The notes: generated by a model not told the origin, from the sequence alone. 64,000 bases of DNA from Candidatus Kaiserbacteria bacterium (GCA_016186705.1 JACPLB010000006.1:16325-80324), one strand, 5' to 3'; numbered from the stretch's first letter, positions 38,759-49,470 are shown. Numbers and translations: made by a program.

Positions 38759-40189
38759 ATGTCAAAGGCTTTCTACGTCACAACAACGCTCCCATACGTA
38801 AACGCAGACCCGCATGTGGGTCACGCTTTAGAATTAGTTCATGCAGATATTTTTGCTCGTTACTCACGACTTATGGGTCGGGAAGTGTTCTTTAATACTG
38901 GTACTGATGAGCATGGGCTAAAGGTGTATCGCAAAGCTCTCGAAGAGAATAAAGAGCCGCAAGAATATGCTGACGAGTATGCCTTACATTTCCAGAATCT
39001 GGTGGGTAAACTCGGACTCATTGAAGACATTAATTTTGTTCGCACGACAGATCCGGTTCATAAGAAAGCGGCACAAGAATTTTGGAAGCGATGTGATGAC
39101 AACGGGTACATTTACAAGAAGGATTACAAAATAAAATATTGTGTCGGATGTGAACTTGAGAAGACTGACTCCGAGCTTGAAAAGGGTTGCTGTCCTCTTC
39201 ATCCCAATCTTCCTATTGAGATAATTGAGGAGGAAAATTACTTCTTCAAGTTTAGCCAATTTCGCGAGAAACTACTCGCTCTCTATAATAATCGTCCTGA
39301 TTTTGTAGTACCGAGACAACGTTTTAATGAAATTCGTTCGTTTGTAGAGCGAGGTCTTGAAGACTTCAGTATTTCCCGTTTATCTTCAAAAATGCCGTGG
39401 GGTATCCCGGTACCTGGAGATAATTCGCAGGTCATGTACGTGTGGTTTGACGCATTGGTGAACTACATTTCGGTTATCGGATGGCCGGATAACATGAAGC
39501 GTTTTTCAAAATGGTGGCCGGCACTTCAATTCGCAGGCAAAGACCAGATACGCCAGCAATCAGCTATGTGGCAGGCAATGCTTATGGCTGTTGGAATCTC
39601 TGAGCCGTCACGACAGATTATTATTCACGGATTTATCACAAACGATGGCGAAAAGATGTCAAAATCACTCGGAAATGTCGTTAATCCAATCCCTCTCATA
39701 GATGAATACGGTGTTGATGCCGTGCGCTATTACTTGGCGCGACATACGCACCCATTTGAGGATAGTAATTTTACGATGGAGAAATTCAAAGAAGCGTATA
39801 ACGCAAATTTGGTAAACGGTCTCGGTAATTTAGTTGCTCGTATTATGAAACTTGCAGAGGATAATCTAGAACAACCTATCAAGAAACCGAAACCTGTAAG
39901 TTTTCCAAAAGAATACACAAACGCTATCGAGTCTTTTGAATTCAATCGGGCAATTGATTTTGTATGGCATAAAATACAAACGCTTGATGAGCGAATTGCA
40001 AAAGAGGAACCATTTAGACTAGTCAAGAATGAACCTGAAAAGGGAAAGCGAATTATTGTTGAACTTGCGACTGAACTCTATTGGGTTGGACGCATGCTGT
40101 ACCCATTTTTGCCTGACACAAATATAAAGATAAAAAAGACTATCCTCGCGAACAAAAAACCGGAAAACTTATTCCCACGTATCCTGTAA
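38759..40189 (+). CDS. metG: Methionine--tRNA ligase
   Basis: YVTTTLPYVN..PHVGH, GTDEHG, YVWFDAL.NY, KMSKSLGN. Confidence 0.97.
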   Translation: MSKAFYVTTTLPYVNADPHVGHALELVHADIFARYSRLMGREVFFNTGTDEHGLKVYRKALEENKEPQEYADEYALHFQNLVGKLGLIEDINFVRTTDPVHKKAAQEFWKRCDDNGYIYKKDYKIKYCVGCELEKTDSELEKGCCPLHPNLPIEIIEEENYFFKFSQFREKLLALYNNRPDFVVPRQRFNEIRSFVERGLEDFSISRLSSKMPWGIPVPGDNSQVMYVWFDALVNYISVIGWPDNMKRFSKWWPALQFAGKDQIRQQSAMWQAMLMAVGISEPSRQIIIHGFITNDGEKMSKSLGNVVNPIPLIDEYGVDAVRYYLARHTHPFEDSNFTMEKFKEAYNANLVNGLGNLVARIMKLAEDNLEQPIKKPKPVSFPKEYTNAIESFEFNRAIDFVWHKIQTLDERIAKEEPFRLVKNEPEKGKRIIVELATELYWVGRMLYPFLPDTNIKIKKTILANKKPENLFPRIL

Positions 40190-40209
40190 GAATGCTATAG
40201 TTAAGTCAT

Positions 40210-40635
40210 ATGAGCGTAGGAATACTCTTCGCAATTTCTGCCGCAATTGTTTTTGGATTATGGACAGTTTTTCATAACCAAGCGGCGGAACATATATCAC
40301 CCGTACTTGGTGCGATACTAGTTTCTTTAACGGCTGTAATAATCGGACTCCCTTTTTTTATACGTGAGTGGGTGGGAGTTGGAATCCAAATTGGTCAAAG
40401 AGGTTTCTTTTTTATAGTCCTGACCGGCATCTCAGCATTTACACTAGATTATTTAGTACTCCGGACTTATTCTGCTGGAATTCCAATCTCAATTGGCGGC
40501 CCAATTATTATCGGAGGCAGTATCGCTGTAGCTGTGATTATTGGTTTTTTCCTTGGCGAACAGATAACTATTATAAAAACACTAGGAATCACTCTGGTCC
40601 TGATTGGTGCCGCAATTCTTGCATCTTTTGTATAA
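40210..40635 (+). CDS. EamA/DMT family small transporter
   Basis: Five TMs; C-terminal FLGEQIT..K.LG..L...G. Confidence 0.8.
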   Translation: MSVGILFAISAAIVFGLWTVFHNQAAEHISPVLGAILVSLTAVIIGLPFFIREWVGVGIQIGQRGFFFIVLTGISAFTLDYLVLRTYSAGIPISIGGPIIIGGSIAVAVIIGFFLGEQITIIKTLGITLVLIGAAILASFV

Positions 40636-40644
40636 CAGGACTTT

Positions 40645-41427
40645 ATGACCGCCCCCGATTACATTGATTTCCATTGCCATATTCATTTCTCGCGGTATGA
40701 CAACGACCGCGATGAAGTCCTCAAACACATGCGCGAGAGCAATATCTGGGCGATTGTTGTAGGAACCGATAAAAAACAGTCGCAGGAAGCTCTTGAATTT
40801 GCGAAAAAACACGAGGGCATATACGCGACAGCCGGGCTTCACCCGGCTGACAACACCAAAGAATCATTTGAAGAATCTTTTTACGAAACGCTGATTTCCG
40901 ATGATAAGACAGTCATGGTCGGGGAGTGCGGACTTGATTATTACCACATTAAGGAAAAAGATGAACAAGCTCGCCAGCGGAGAGAATTTGAAAAACAAAT
41001 TGATTTTGCCGTGCTCCACGGCAAACCGCTCATGCTCCATGTGCGAGAAGCTCATAAAGACGCACTCGACATGCTCCAGTCAAAGAAAAAAGAGTTCGGA
41101 CAAAGACTGCGTGGCAACGTCCATTTTTTTACCGAAAGTCCCGATATTGCGAAACGGTACTACGACCTTAATTTCACGACGTCGTTCCCGGGAGTTATTA
41201 CGTTTACGCAAGAGTATGACGATACGGTGCGCTACGCTCCTTCCGACATGCTCCTTTCGGAGACCGATTCTCCGTACGCGGCACCGGTGCCGTATCGGGG
41301 GAAGCGGAATGAGCCAAGCTATGTCATTGAAGTCGTAAAACGCATGGCGGATATCCGGAATGAAAATATTGAAACGCTAAAAGAACAGCTTGTGGAAAAT
41401 GCCATGAGAGTCCTTTCTCGCGCGTAA
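40645..41427 (+). CDS. tatD: TatD family nuclease
   Basis: IDFHCH, GLHP, VGECGLDY, LHVR, ETDSPY..P. Confidence 0.95.
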   Translation: MTAPDYIDFHCHIHFSRYDNDRDEVLKHMRESNIWAIVVGTDKKQSQEALEFAKKHEGIYATAGLHPADNTKESFEESFYETLISDDKTVMVGECGLDYYHIKEKDEQARQRREFEKQIDFAVLHGKPLMLHVREAHKDALDMLQSKKKEFGQRLRGNVHFFTESPDIAKRYYDLNFTTSFPGVITFTQEYDDTVRYAPSDMLLSETDSPYAAPVPYRGKRNEPSYVIEVVKRMADIRNENIETLKEQLVENAMRVLSRA

Positions 41428-41476
41428 GAGAATTCTTGCGAGTCGTACTGTGGCATGGTAAGCTAGAGCGCATTAT

Positions 41477-42001
41477 ATGGAACATACCGACATTGCCGAA
41501 AAACCAATGCAAGAGATAAACGAAGAGATTGATGCGGAATCTCGCGTATATGAATTGGGATATCTCATCACGCCGACTCTTGCTGAAGGGGAGATTCCCC
41601 GAGTGACTGCGGCATTAAAGGCGCTCGTTGAGGAAAACGGCGGCGCTCTTGTTTCCGAACAGACACCTCAACACATGACGCTTGCATACGCGATGTACCG
41701 GGCACTCGATGGAAAGAAAGAAAAGTTTGAAACGGCGTATTTCGGAGGAATTAAATTTAACATTGAACCGAGTGCAATAGTGTCACTTAAAAAATCTCTC
41801 GACACAGACGTACGCATTCTTCGCTACATTATCTTCAAGACGGTCCGGGAGAATACCCGTGCGGAAATCAAACTGCCGCAAATAAAAACGGAACGGAAAA
41901 TGGGAATTACTCACAGACCATTGCTTCGCAAGAAAGAAGAAAGCGCTCCAATCTCCGAAGAGGCGCTTGATAGAAGCATCAAGGAGCTCATGGTAGAATA
42001 A
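41477..42001 (+). CDS. rpsF: 30S ribosomal protein S6 with N/C extensions
   Basis: YELGYLI.P, LAY, ILRYII; precedes ssb-rpsR. Confidence 0.88.
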   Translation: MEHTDIAEKPMQEINEEIDAESRVYELGYLITPTLAEGEIPRVTAALKALVEENGGALVSEQTPQHMTLAYAMYRALDGKKEKFETAYFGGIKFNIEPSAIVSLKKSLDTDVRILRYIIFKTVRENTRAEIKLPQIKTERKMGITHRPLLRKKEESAPISEEALDRSIKELMVE

Positions 42002-42005
42002 ACGT

Positions 42006-42437
42006 ATGTATCTCAACAAAGTCTTTGTATACGGTAATTTAACGCGCGACCCCGAACTTCGCTCTTTGCCGTCGGGCGTGCAGGTCGCGAGTTTTAGTAT
42101 TGCGACGAACCGCGTGTGGAAAGGAAAAGACGGCTCAAAACAAGAAAGCGCTGAATTTCATAACATTGTCGTATTCGGACGTCAGGCAGAGACAAGCGCG
42201 CAATATCTCAAAAAGGGAGGTTCGGTCTTGGTAGAGGGAAGAATGCAGACGAGAAGCTGGGAGAGCGACGGACAGAAAAAGTACCGAACTGAAATTGTCG
42301 CTGACCGTGTGCAATTCGGTCCTCGAAGTTCCGGCGGCAGTGCGCCGAAGCAGAGCGAGAAGACTTCACCGGAGACCGAAGGAAACGCGATAGACTACCC
42401 TGAAGAGAATATCAATCCTGACGATATTCCTTTTTAA
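42006..42437 (+). CDS. ssb: Single-stranded DNA-binding protein
   Basis: NKV...GNLTRDPELR; C-terminal DDIPF. Confidence 0.98.
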   Translation: MYLNKVFVYGNLTRDPELRSLPSGVQVASFSIATNRVWKGKDGSKQESAEFHNIVVFGRQAETSAQYLKKGGSVLVEGRMQTRSWESDGQKKYRTEIVADRVQFGPRSSGGSAPKQSEKTSPETEGNAIDYPEENINPDDIPF

Positions 42438-42453
42438 ATAAAATTAAGCGCGT

Positions 42454-42666
42454 ATGCAGAGCAAAAAGAAACCCGATTTTTTTTCGACCCATAATGTCAA
42501 GCACATTGATTACCGGGACACAGAGATTTTGAAGCAATTTCTCAATCCGCACGGCAGGATGCTCTCAAGAAAGAAATCCGGACTGAACGCCAAGCATCAG
42601 CGGCTAATGGAGGTGGCGGTCAAACGAGCCCGCTTCATGGGGCTTTTGCCGTTTGTCTCAAAATAG
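42454..42666 (+). CDS. rpsR: 30S ribosomal protein S18
   Basis: IDYRD...L..F....G, AKHQR....AVKRAR...LLPF. Confidence 0.95.
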   Translation: MQSKKKPDFFSTHNVKHIDYRDTEILKQFLNPHGRMLSRKKSGLNAKHQRLMEVAVKRARFMGLLPFVSK

Positions 42667-42718
42667 GAATCAAAAAAGCGCTTATTTTAAGGCACAGGAA
42701 ATGCCCCACACATGTGGG

Positions 42719-43288
42719 TCATTTCTTTTCTGTCCGTTCAACGTACTCTCCCGTCTCCGTGTTGACGCGGATGACATCTCCCTCGTTGATGAAAAGAGGG
42801 GTGGTAACTGTTGCTCCGGTCTCAAGCATCACCTGCTTGACTCCGCCTTGTGCGGTGTTTCCTTTCATTGACGGAGGGGCTTCCGTCACTTTTAAGTCAA
42901 TTTTAACCGGAAGCGAAATCCCGATAATCTCGTTATTGAATACAAGACTCTCAATTTCAGAATTTTCTTTCATGAATTTTTGCGTCGCTCCTATCATTTC
43001 GGACGGCAGTTTAAACCTATCCTTCGGATTATAAGGGTCACAAAACCAAAATTCTCCTTTATTGCGGTAGAGATACTTGACCGGTCTTGTTGAAATATCG
43101 GCTTCGCGCACTTTGTCGTTTTGGTGAAACGTATGCTCGAGCGTGCTGCCTGTTTTCAAACTGCGGAGTTTGGTCTGGTTGACCGGCTTGCGCTGTTGTT
43201 TCCGAAAAACCCACGACGAAAGCACCTCGTACGGTTCATTGTCAAGAATGATATATTTTCGCTGAGTTATTTCATTGTACGACAACAT
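42719..43288 (-). CDS. efp: Elongation factor P (atypical tip loop KQQRKP)
   Basis: EAPPSMKGNTA, LETG..V..PLFI..GD.I.VNT.TGEY..R. Confidence 0.93.
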   Translation of the reverse strand: MLSYNEITQRKYIILDNEPYEVLSSWVFRKQQRKPVNQTKLRSLKTGSTLEHTFHQNDKVREADISTRPVKYLYRNKGEFWFCDPYNPKDRFKLPSEMIGATQKFMKENSEIESLVFNNEIIGISLPVKIDLKVTEAPPSMKGNTAQGGVKQVMLETGATVTTPLFINEGDVIRVNTETGEYVERTEKK

Positions 43289-43450
43289 AATGTTCGCTAT
43301 TCTAGCCGAAGAGTGATGTTTAGTCCACAGGTAACCTTACTCTCAGTATCCTCGTTGCAATTAATACGGAGGTCGATATAGTTAAGGTAATAAAGGCGTG
43401 AGAGAGGGTTCCGCCCCCTCTCACTTGGCCTGTGTGGAAATGCCCTCATT

Positions 43451-44041
43451 ATGGGACTCTTAGACGAACACACGACACATACCGACCTCGTAGGAAAGAG
43501 CGATGAAGAAATCCTCGCCCTTTCCGTCGCATATCCCGACCTTTTCTCGATTATTCTCAAGCGATATCAGGATGCGTTTCTGCGGAAAGCGCAGTCAATC
43601 TTGCGGAGCAGGGAGGACGCCGAAGAAGTCGTGCAGGAAGTCTTTGGGAAAATATACCTCTACGCGGATAAATTCGTCGTACAAGAAGGCGCATCGTTTA
43701 GTTCATGGGGATATCGTATTCTGATGAACACCGCCTTTACCCGCTACCAGAAGCTCAAGAAGGAACGAAAGGTGCTTCAGCCGCTTGACCCTGAAGTGTA
43801 TGAAACGCTCTCCGACACGAAGATGGAGCAGTTTGAAAGACTTGAATTGAGCGACTATGTTGTCTCTGTACTCTCCAAGATGCCGGAGCATCTCGCCCGC
43901 ATTCTTACCAAGCATTTCATAGAAGGAAAACCGCACAAAGAGATTGCAGAGGAGGAAGGAATTTCCGTCGGCGCGGTAAAAACGCGCGTGCATCGGGCAA
44001 AGGAGTCATTCAGGAGAAGTACACATTCATTATTGGCGTAG
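43451..44041 (+). CDS. ECF RNA polymerase sigma factor
   Basis: DAEEVVQEVF, FSSW.YRI..N, EIA...GIS.GAVKTRVHRA. Confidence 0.93.
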   Translation: MGLLDEHTTHTDLVGKSDEEILALSVAYPDLFSIILKRYQDAFLRKAQSILRSREDAEEVVQEVFGKIYLYADKFVVQEGASFSSWGYRILMNTAFTRYQKLKKERKVLQPLDPEVYETLSDTKMEQFERLELSDYVVSVLSKMPEHLARILTKHFIEGKPHKEIAEEEGISVGAVKTRVHRAKESFRRSTHSLLA

Positions 44042-44059
44042 GCAGTAATAATACATTGT

Positions 44060-44410
44060 ATGGAGAATAGTATTCTTGAACAAAAAATAATGGCACGGGT
44101 GGGACGCATTCACTCCCTTAAAAGAGTACTCAATCCGCTCATGCTCAAAGTGTACGCGTTCGTCGCCGTAAGCGCCGGCATGCTGTCGTTAGTATCGATA
44201 AAAAACGTGTTTCTCAACATGCCACCTCTTTTTGAGCTCCAAGGTGTGTACTATTTTGTCATAGCCGCACTTCGAAACACTGAGCTCTCCGTACAGATAA
44301 TTTCTCTCGCTCTCTTTATACTCGTCCTTCTTCTCGTGCGGGATACCGTAAGAAACCTCACTTTCCACGCGCCGTACGTACCGCGTGCCATGCGCCGCGT
44401 ATCGCACTAG
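44060..44410 (+). CDS. Two-TM protein, candidate anti-sigma factor
   Basis: Directly after the ECF sigma; L..KIM.R start and two hydrophobic helices. Confidence 0.55.
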   Translation: MENSILEQKIMARVGRIHSLKRVLNPLMLKVYAFVAVSAGMLSLVSIKNVFLNMPPLFELQGVYYFVIAALRNTELSVQIISLALFILVLLLVRDTVRNLTFHAPYVPRAMRRVSH

Positions 44411-45429
44411 ACAAGCTTCTTTCTGATATCTTTGAGAATCACACCAGCGATTTTCTTGTTTTCTTTCAAGTATTGTCTCGCCGCGTCGTACCCACGTCCA
44501 AGTTTTTCTTCTTGAGACTCTTTTTCACCCGGCAGGTAACTGTACGACGCTCCTGATTTTTTAATGATACCGAGTTTTTCTCCGAGTGCGAGGAGTTCCC
44601 CTTCTTTTGAGATGCCTTCATTGTACATGAGGTCGAATTCCGTTGTTTTAAAAGGTGCCGCCACTTTATTCTTGACGACTTTTACGCGATGCCGCCCGCC
44701 CATAACTTCGTCGTTCTTCTTGATTTGCGCGATGCGTCTGATATCAATGCGTATTGACGTGTAAAACTTAAGCGCTTTTCCTCCCGGCGTTGTTTCGGGA
44801 TTGCCGAACATAACTCCGATTTGCATGCGGATTTGGTTGATGAAAATAACAATCGTTTTTGATTTGGCGGTAATTGCAGTGAGCTTGCGCAGGGCCTGTG
44901 ACATCAAACGCGCCTGCTTGCCAACGTGGTGCGCGCCCATATCCCCCTCAATCTCGTCTTTCGGGGTAAGCGCCGCCACCGAGTCTATAACAATGATGTC
45001 TATTTTCCCCGAACGCACAAGTGACTCAACAATCTCAAGCGCCTGTTCTCCGGTATCGGGTTGTGAGACAAGCAATTCTTCAATCTTTACTCCGATTCTT
45101 TTCGCGTACTCGGGGTCAAGCGCGTGTTCAGCGTCAATAAAGGCGCAGACGCCGCCCGCCCTCTGCGCCTCCGCAATGGCGTGGAGCGAAAGGGTTGTTT
45201 TTCCCGATGACTCAGGTCCGAAAATTTCAATGATTCTTCCGCGCGGAAGCCCGCCGGTGCCAAGTGCCCAATCGACGCCGACAGACCCGGTCGGAATGGC
45301 GTCAACGTTTACTCTCGGCTTGTCGCCGAGCTTCATGATTGCTTCCTCACCGAACTTGGTTTTTATTTCGTTAATCGCGTCGTCAATTGCGCCGGAACCC
45401 GTCGCCGTTTTTGATTTTTTTTGAGGCAT
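44407..45429 (-). CDS. recA: Recombinase A
   Basis: [49 protein letters not shown]. Confidence 0.99.
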   Translation of the reverse strand: MPQKKSKTATGSGAIDDAINEIKTKFGEEAIMKLGDKPRVNVDAIPTGSVGVDWALGTGGLPRGRIIEIFGPESSGKTTLSLHAIAEAQRAGGVCAFIDAEHALDPEYAKRIGVKIEELLVSQPDTGEQALEIVESLVRSGKIDIIVIDSVAALTPKDEIEGDMGAHHVGKQARLMSQALRKLTAITAKSKTIVIFINQIRMQIGVMFGNPETTPGGKALKFYTSIRIDIRRIAQIKKNDEVMGGRHRVKVVKNKVAAPFKTTEFDLMYNEGISKEGELLALGEKLGIIKKSGASYSYLPGEKESQEEKLGRGYDAARQYLKENKKIAGVILKDIRKKLV

Positions 45430-45430
45430 G

Positions 45431-45778
45431 TTAATTATAGACAAGTTCGAGGGTACGATTTGTTGTTCTTCCGAATTTATCTTTGGCGTGTAGCGTAATT
45501 ATATTATAGCCGGGAGAGAGGAGCAATTTTTCCTTAAATACCCCGGTTTCGTCAATGAATATCCGCCGGTCGTTTATGGTAATCTCGGAAATGTTTTTTG
45601 TCGTACCGACGACTTCCGTAAGCGACGCAAAAAGCGTCGCACCGTTCTGCGGCGTCTTTATGGTAATGACCGGACCTATAACCAGGTTGTGCATCTGAAA
45701 ATACGTGTATCCCAGAATTCCCAGAAGAAGGATGATAAACCCGATAATTTTAATGTTGAGATGCCTTGCGTAGGACAT
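45431..45778 (-). CDS. Small TM + Ig-like domain protein
   Basis: Start re-assigned to MSYARHL (45778); GP.I.I..P.NG...L.PGYN.I...A.DKFG. Confidence 0.75.
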   Translation of the reverse strand: MSYARHLNIKIIGFIILLLGILGYTYFQMHNLVIGPVITIKTPQNGATLFASLTEVVGTTKNISEITINDRRIFIDETGVFKEKLLLSPGYNIITLHAKDKFGRTTNRTLELVYN

Positions 45779-45785
45779 ACATACG

Positions 45786-47960
45786 TTACTCTTTCTCTTC
45801 CTCAAAAACCGCTTCGTCTTCACCCGCACTCTCGTCCACCTCGCGTCGATTGAGAACTTCTCTCGGCTTGGCGCCGTCCGCGGGTCCGATGACACCGCGC
45901 TCTTCGAGCATGTCCATGAGCCGCGCCGCACGCGCGTACCCGACCCGCAATTTCCGTTGGAGATACGACGTAGACGCTTTACCTGCTTCCGTGACAATAC
46001 GATGCGCTTCATCGTAGAGGTCGTCGTCTCCTTCGTCATCCAACGTCGCGGAAAAAATCGAGGAGTCTCCTTTTGTCTCCGTAAAATCTATCTCGCTCGG
46101 CACCTCATCCTCATAATGTTTGGTAAGGTACGAAGAAACTTTCTTGACTTCTTGCTCCGAGATAAACGGAGATTGAATGCGCCGCGGCTTCGACATTTCG
46201 TTTGAAAGATAGAGCATATCTCCGGCACCCAAAAGCTTCTCTGCTCCGCCGGTGTCAAGAATGGTGCGCGAGTCTATCTGGGAGGAGACTTGGAGCGCGA
46301 TGCGCGTCGGTATGTTTGCCTTGATAAGTCCGGTAATGACCTGCACCGATGGGCGCTGGGTTGAGAGTATCAAATGGATCCCGACCGCGCGGCTCATTTG
46401 GGCGAGCCGCACGATTGCCGCCTCAAGTTCTCGCGGGTAGGTCTGCATGATATCGGCAAGTTCGTCCATAATAAGAATGATGTACGGCATGGGCTCTGGC
46501 ATGTCTTCTTCGGGAACTTTGTTCTTGAGAGCCGGCGCGAGTATATTTTTATGGTAGGACGCGACGTCGCGGACCGATTCCGCTTCAAGTATGTCATACC
46601 GCCGGTCCATTTCGGTTGCCAACCACTTGAGCGCGAGAATCGCGCGCTTTGCGTCAGTGATAACGGGAGTGAGAAGATGCGGAATATTTTTATAGAGTGT
46701 CAGTTCCACTCGTTTCGGGTCAACCATGATAAGGCGCATGTCCTGGGGGGATTTGCGGTAGAGAAGCGACATAATAATGTTATGAATCATGACGGACTTT
46801 CCCGAACCCGTCGTCCCCGCAATGAGGAGATGGGGCATTTTTGAGAGGTCGGCGAAGTGGGATGCTCCGGCGATGTCGCGCCCGAGCGCGATGACAAGGG
46901 GGCGTTCGGAACGCGCAAATTCCTCTGAAGAAAGGAGAGGTGCAAGGCCAACCATTGATTTTGACGCATTCGGCACTTCAATGCCGACGAGCGATTTTCC
47001 CGGAATCGGCGCTTCAATGCGCACCGGGTGCGCCGCGAGCGCGAGCTCAAGATTGTTCTGGAGCGCGAGTATTTTTGAAAGTCGCACTCCTTCCGCGGGT
47101 TTTAAGGCGTAACGCGTTACGGTCGGTCCAACGGTAATTTCATCCATCTCAACGTGGATGCCGAAGTTCTGGAGTGTTCTCTTGATGATGTTTGCGTTCG
47201 CCTTTATGTCGCCGACATCGGGTTTCCCTTTATCTTTTTCAAGCAAAGAGAGCGGGGGAGGAGTATACGCTCCGAATGCCGGATACATACCGGCACGCTC
47301 CTCTTTTTTGCCGAAGCCGAATATTCCGGAGCTCTCTTTTAATTCCTCCTCTGTCTCCTCTTCCTCATTCTCTTCCTCCTCCGCTTCTTCCTCTGTCTCG
47401 GCTGCATCTTCATCTATGTAAGTTTCAACATCATACTCTTCTTGAGTGTCTCTTCTTTGTGAGAATATACCAGTTAGGAAAGAAAGTGAGGGAAGCTTCG
47501 GGAGAACGTCAAACATAATAAGAAGGGAGAGTACGAAAAGCGCCGAGAGCACCAAGACTGACGCGTAGGTGTCAAAGAGAGCAAGAAGAGGAGTCGCTAT
47601 GAGACCCCCGAGGAATCCTCCACGGAGAGGTACTGCGATGTCGATAAGACTAAGTGTGGAGAGTACCAATACTCCTGCGCCAATTATTTTCAACGGTCTA
47701 TAGGCGTGTTCATGCGCGCGAAAGAACGAGACGGCAATAAAAAGGCATACTACGGGGAGAAGAAAGTAACCCACCCCGAAAAGAAACGAGAGTCCTCCGT
47801 ACGCGCTTTTCCCCGCGACGCCGGCACTATCAAATGCGGCGAGTATGAAAAAAAGTGTAATGAATAAAAAAATGACGCCCCAGATGCCATGGACAGTCTC
47901 TTCTTTGAGGTCAGCAAATATGTTTGTAAAGCGCTGACTTTTTTTATTTTTCCGTGCCAT
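45786..47960 (-). CDS. ftsK: DNA translocase FtsK
   Basis: 4TM N-terminus, PHLLIAGTTGSGKS, DELAD.M, TQRPSV, gamma domain GYARAARL. Confidence 0.98.
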   Translation of the reverse strand: MARKNKKSQRFTNIFADLKEETVHGIWGVIFLFITLFFILAAFDSAGVAGKSAYGGLSFLFGVGYFLLPVVCLFIAVSFFRAHEHAYRPLKIIGAGVLVLSTLSLIDIAVPLRGGFLGGLIATPLLALFDTYASVLVLSALFVLSLLIMFDVLPKLPSLSFLTGIFSQRRDTQEEYDVETYIDEDAAETEEEAEEEENEEEETEEELKESSGIFGFGKKEERAGMYPAFGAYTPPPLSLLEKDKGKPDVGDIKANANIIKRTLQNFGIHVEMDEITVGPTVTRYALKPAEGVRLSKILALQNNLELALAAHPVRIEAPIPGKSLVGIEVPNASKSMVGLAPLLSSEEFARSERPLVIALGRDIAGASHFADLSKMPHLLIAGTTGSGKSVMIHNIIMSLLYRKSPQDMRLIMVDPKRVELTLYKNIPHLLTPVITDAKRAILALKWLATEMDRRYDILEAESVRDVASYHKNILAPALKNKVPEEDMPEPMPYIILIMDELADIMQTYPRELEAAIVRLAQMSRAVGIHLILSTQRPSVQVITGLIKANIPTRIALQVSSQIDSRTILDTGGAEKLLGAGDMLYLSNEMSKPRRIQSPFISEQEVKKVSSYLTKHYEDEVPSEIDFTETKGDSSIFSATLDDEGDDDLYDEAHRIVTEAGKASTSYLQRKLRVGYARAARLMDMLEERGVIGPADGAKPREVLNRREVDESAGEDEAVFEEEKE

Positions 47961-48215
47961 TGTTGATTTTATCAATGATACCACGGGGGAGAAGCCTCTC
48001 TCAAAGGATATGTCTCAAGAGCGCGGTATATTTCTTTACGCATGCGTTATTGTGTTCAAGGAAGAAACGGTGAACAATGACAGTAAGAGATATACAAAGA
48101 AAACTTCCCGCCCTGCCTCAAAGAATCATCTCAAAAGGAGCGCTGCGTACATTAGGTTCCGTGCCCCAACATCATAACAATATGCAATTATGCAAAAATG
48201 TTTTGTAATGCTGTC

Positions 48216-48324
48216 AAGGACTTGTCCTTATGGACATTGTGGATATAATGGACACAACTTTTGTCCTTTTCTGCTAAAGGACAGAAAGGACAAATTATAA
48301 AAGACATTTTGTGTCATATGGACA
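48216..48324. repeat. Cluster of direct and inverted (A/T)GGACA / AAGACA motifs over a sigma70-like promoter
   Basis: About nine GGAC(A)/TGTCC/AGACA copies in ~110 bp; TTGTCC (48222) -16- TATAAT (48244). Confidence 0.75.
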
Positions 48325-49097
48325 AAAAAACTAGCGGAGAACTTATGGGGCGTGCCCCGCACAATGCGGGGCGTGATTCAAAAAGCGCAAGTGCTGATAT
48401 TCTTATGGTAGCTCCATTTGGTGAAAATCATGCATGTGCTCATGCGTATAAAAAGACAGAAAAATTGCTTATCGCTGTCCATTTGATTACTAACTTTGTC
48501 CCTGAAAGTGAACCTATAAGACATGCAATAAGAGACATATCGATACACATTCTATCAGACATTCTTAAACTTCGTTTCGGTTTACGTTCCGCAGGTCCGG
48601 AAAAGGTGAACGACACCATTGCTTCCGTGTGCAATATCATCTCCCTTCTCAACGTGCTTCATGCGTCCGGCTTCATATCAGATATGAATCTCGAGGTTCT
48701 ACAGCGGGAGTTTACGAATTACGCCGGATTTTTGCGTGCCATAGAGGATACCGATGAAGCACAAAGCATGAAGCTCTCGGAAAGCTACTTTGCGGTCCCC
48801 TCTGACAAAAGACACCTTAGAGGGAAAGGTTCAATGTCCTTTAGTACGCAATCCTCTACTAAAAGACACACAGGACATTCTTTAAAAAGGACACCATCAT
48901 CCCAAACGCATCTTCAGAGGAGGGATAAGATACTTGCTATTATAAAGGACAAAAAGCGCGTAACAGTAAAAGACATTTCTAGCGTAGTGTCCGATTGTAG
49001 TGAAAAGACAATACAGCGCGAACTTATTGTCATGATGCACGAAGGTGTCCTTAAAAAAGAAGGGGAGCGAAGGTGGAGTGCTTATTCTCTTGTATAA
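48318..49097 (+). CDS. Four-helix-bundle + linker + C-terminal DeoR-like winged HTH protein
   Basis: YKKTEKL..AVHLIT..VPESEP.R (IVP/four-helix-bundle-like); R..KIL.II...KRVTVKDI......SEKTIQREL......GVL.KEGERRW. Confidence 0.8.
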   Translation: MDKKTSGELMGRAPHNAGRDSKSASADILMVAPFGENHACAHAYKKTEKLLIAVHLITNFVPESEPIRHAIRDISIHILSDILKLRFGLRSAGPEKVNDTIASVCNIISLLNVLHASGFISDMNLEVLQREFTNYAGFLRAIEDTDEAQSMKLSESYFAVPSDKRHLRGKGSMSFSTQSSTKRHTGHSLKRTPSSQTHLQRRDKILAIIKDKKRVTVKDISSVVSDCSEKTIQRELIVMMHEGVLKKEGERRWSAYSLV

Positions 49098-49441
49098 TAA
49101 TATCCTTTTCCGCACCTCTCGTTTTGCCTCAATGTGACTTTATACCGAAGAAGCCTGTATTTTAGCCATGTTATTGGTTTTTTGTTTTCTACAATCCCTT
49201 AATGCGGTCTGGTTACATGTGCAAAACGGAGCTTTCGAAAGACTTGCGTATGTTCAATCTTAATTACAGAGGGGTTGACTTTTAAGGTCCACAAGGATAC
49301 TCTGTACCCCAATGGATGTGAGTGAACGCCTGCACTATACAGGAGCATAAAAGCCGCAAGGCTTTTTTCGTGTCGCTATGGCTTAAAATAAGCCCAAGCA
49401 CTCCGATTTTACAGGTACTTCCTTTATCCACACGTACCGTT

Positions 49442-49470
49442 TTGCGAGTTCATTGTGAAGCGACTATAAT
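49442..49470 (+). promoter_or_regulatory. Putative sigma70 promoter of the large surface-protein gene, with an adjacent DnaA box
   Basis: TTGCGA-17-TATAAT; TTATCCACA at 49424-49432. Confidence 0.5.

Noticed and set aside
49424-49432. Replication origin suggested by a perfect DnaA box
   Set aside because: Only one perfect box and a few scattered near-matches; no dnaA/dnaN or clear DUE in the window.
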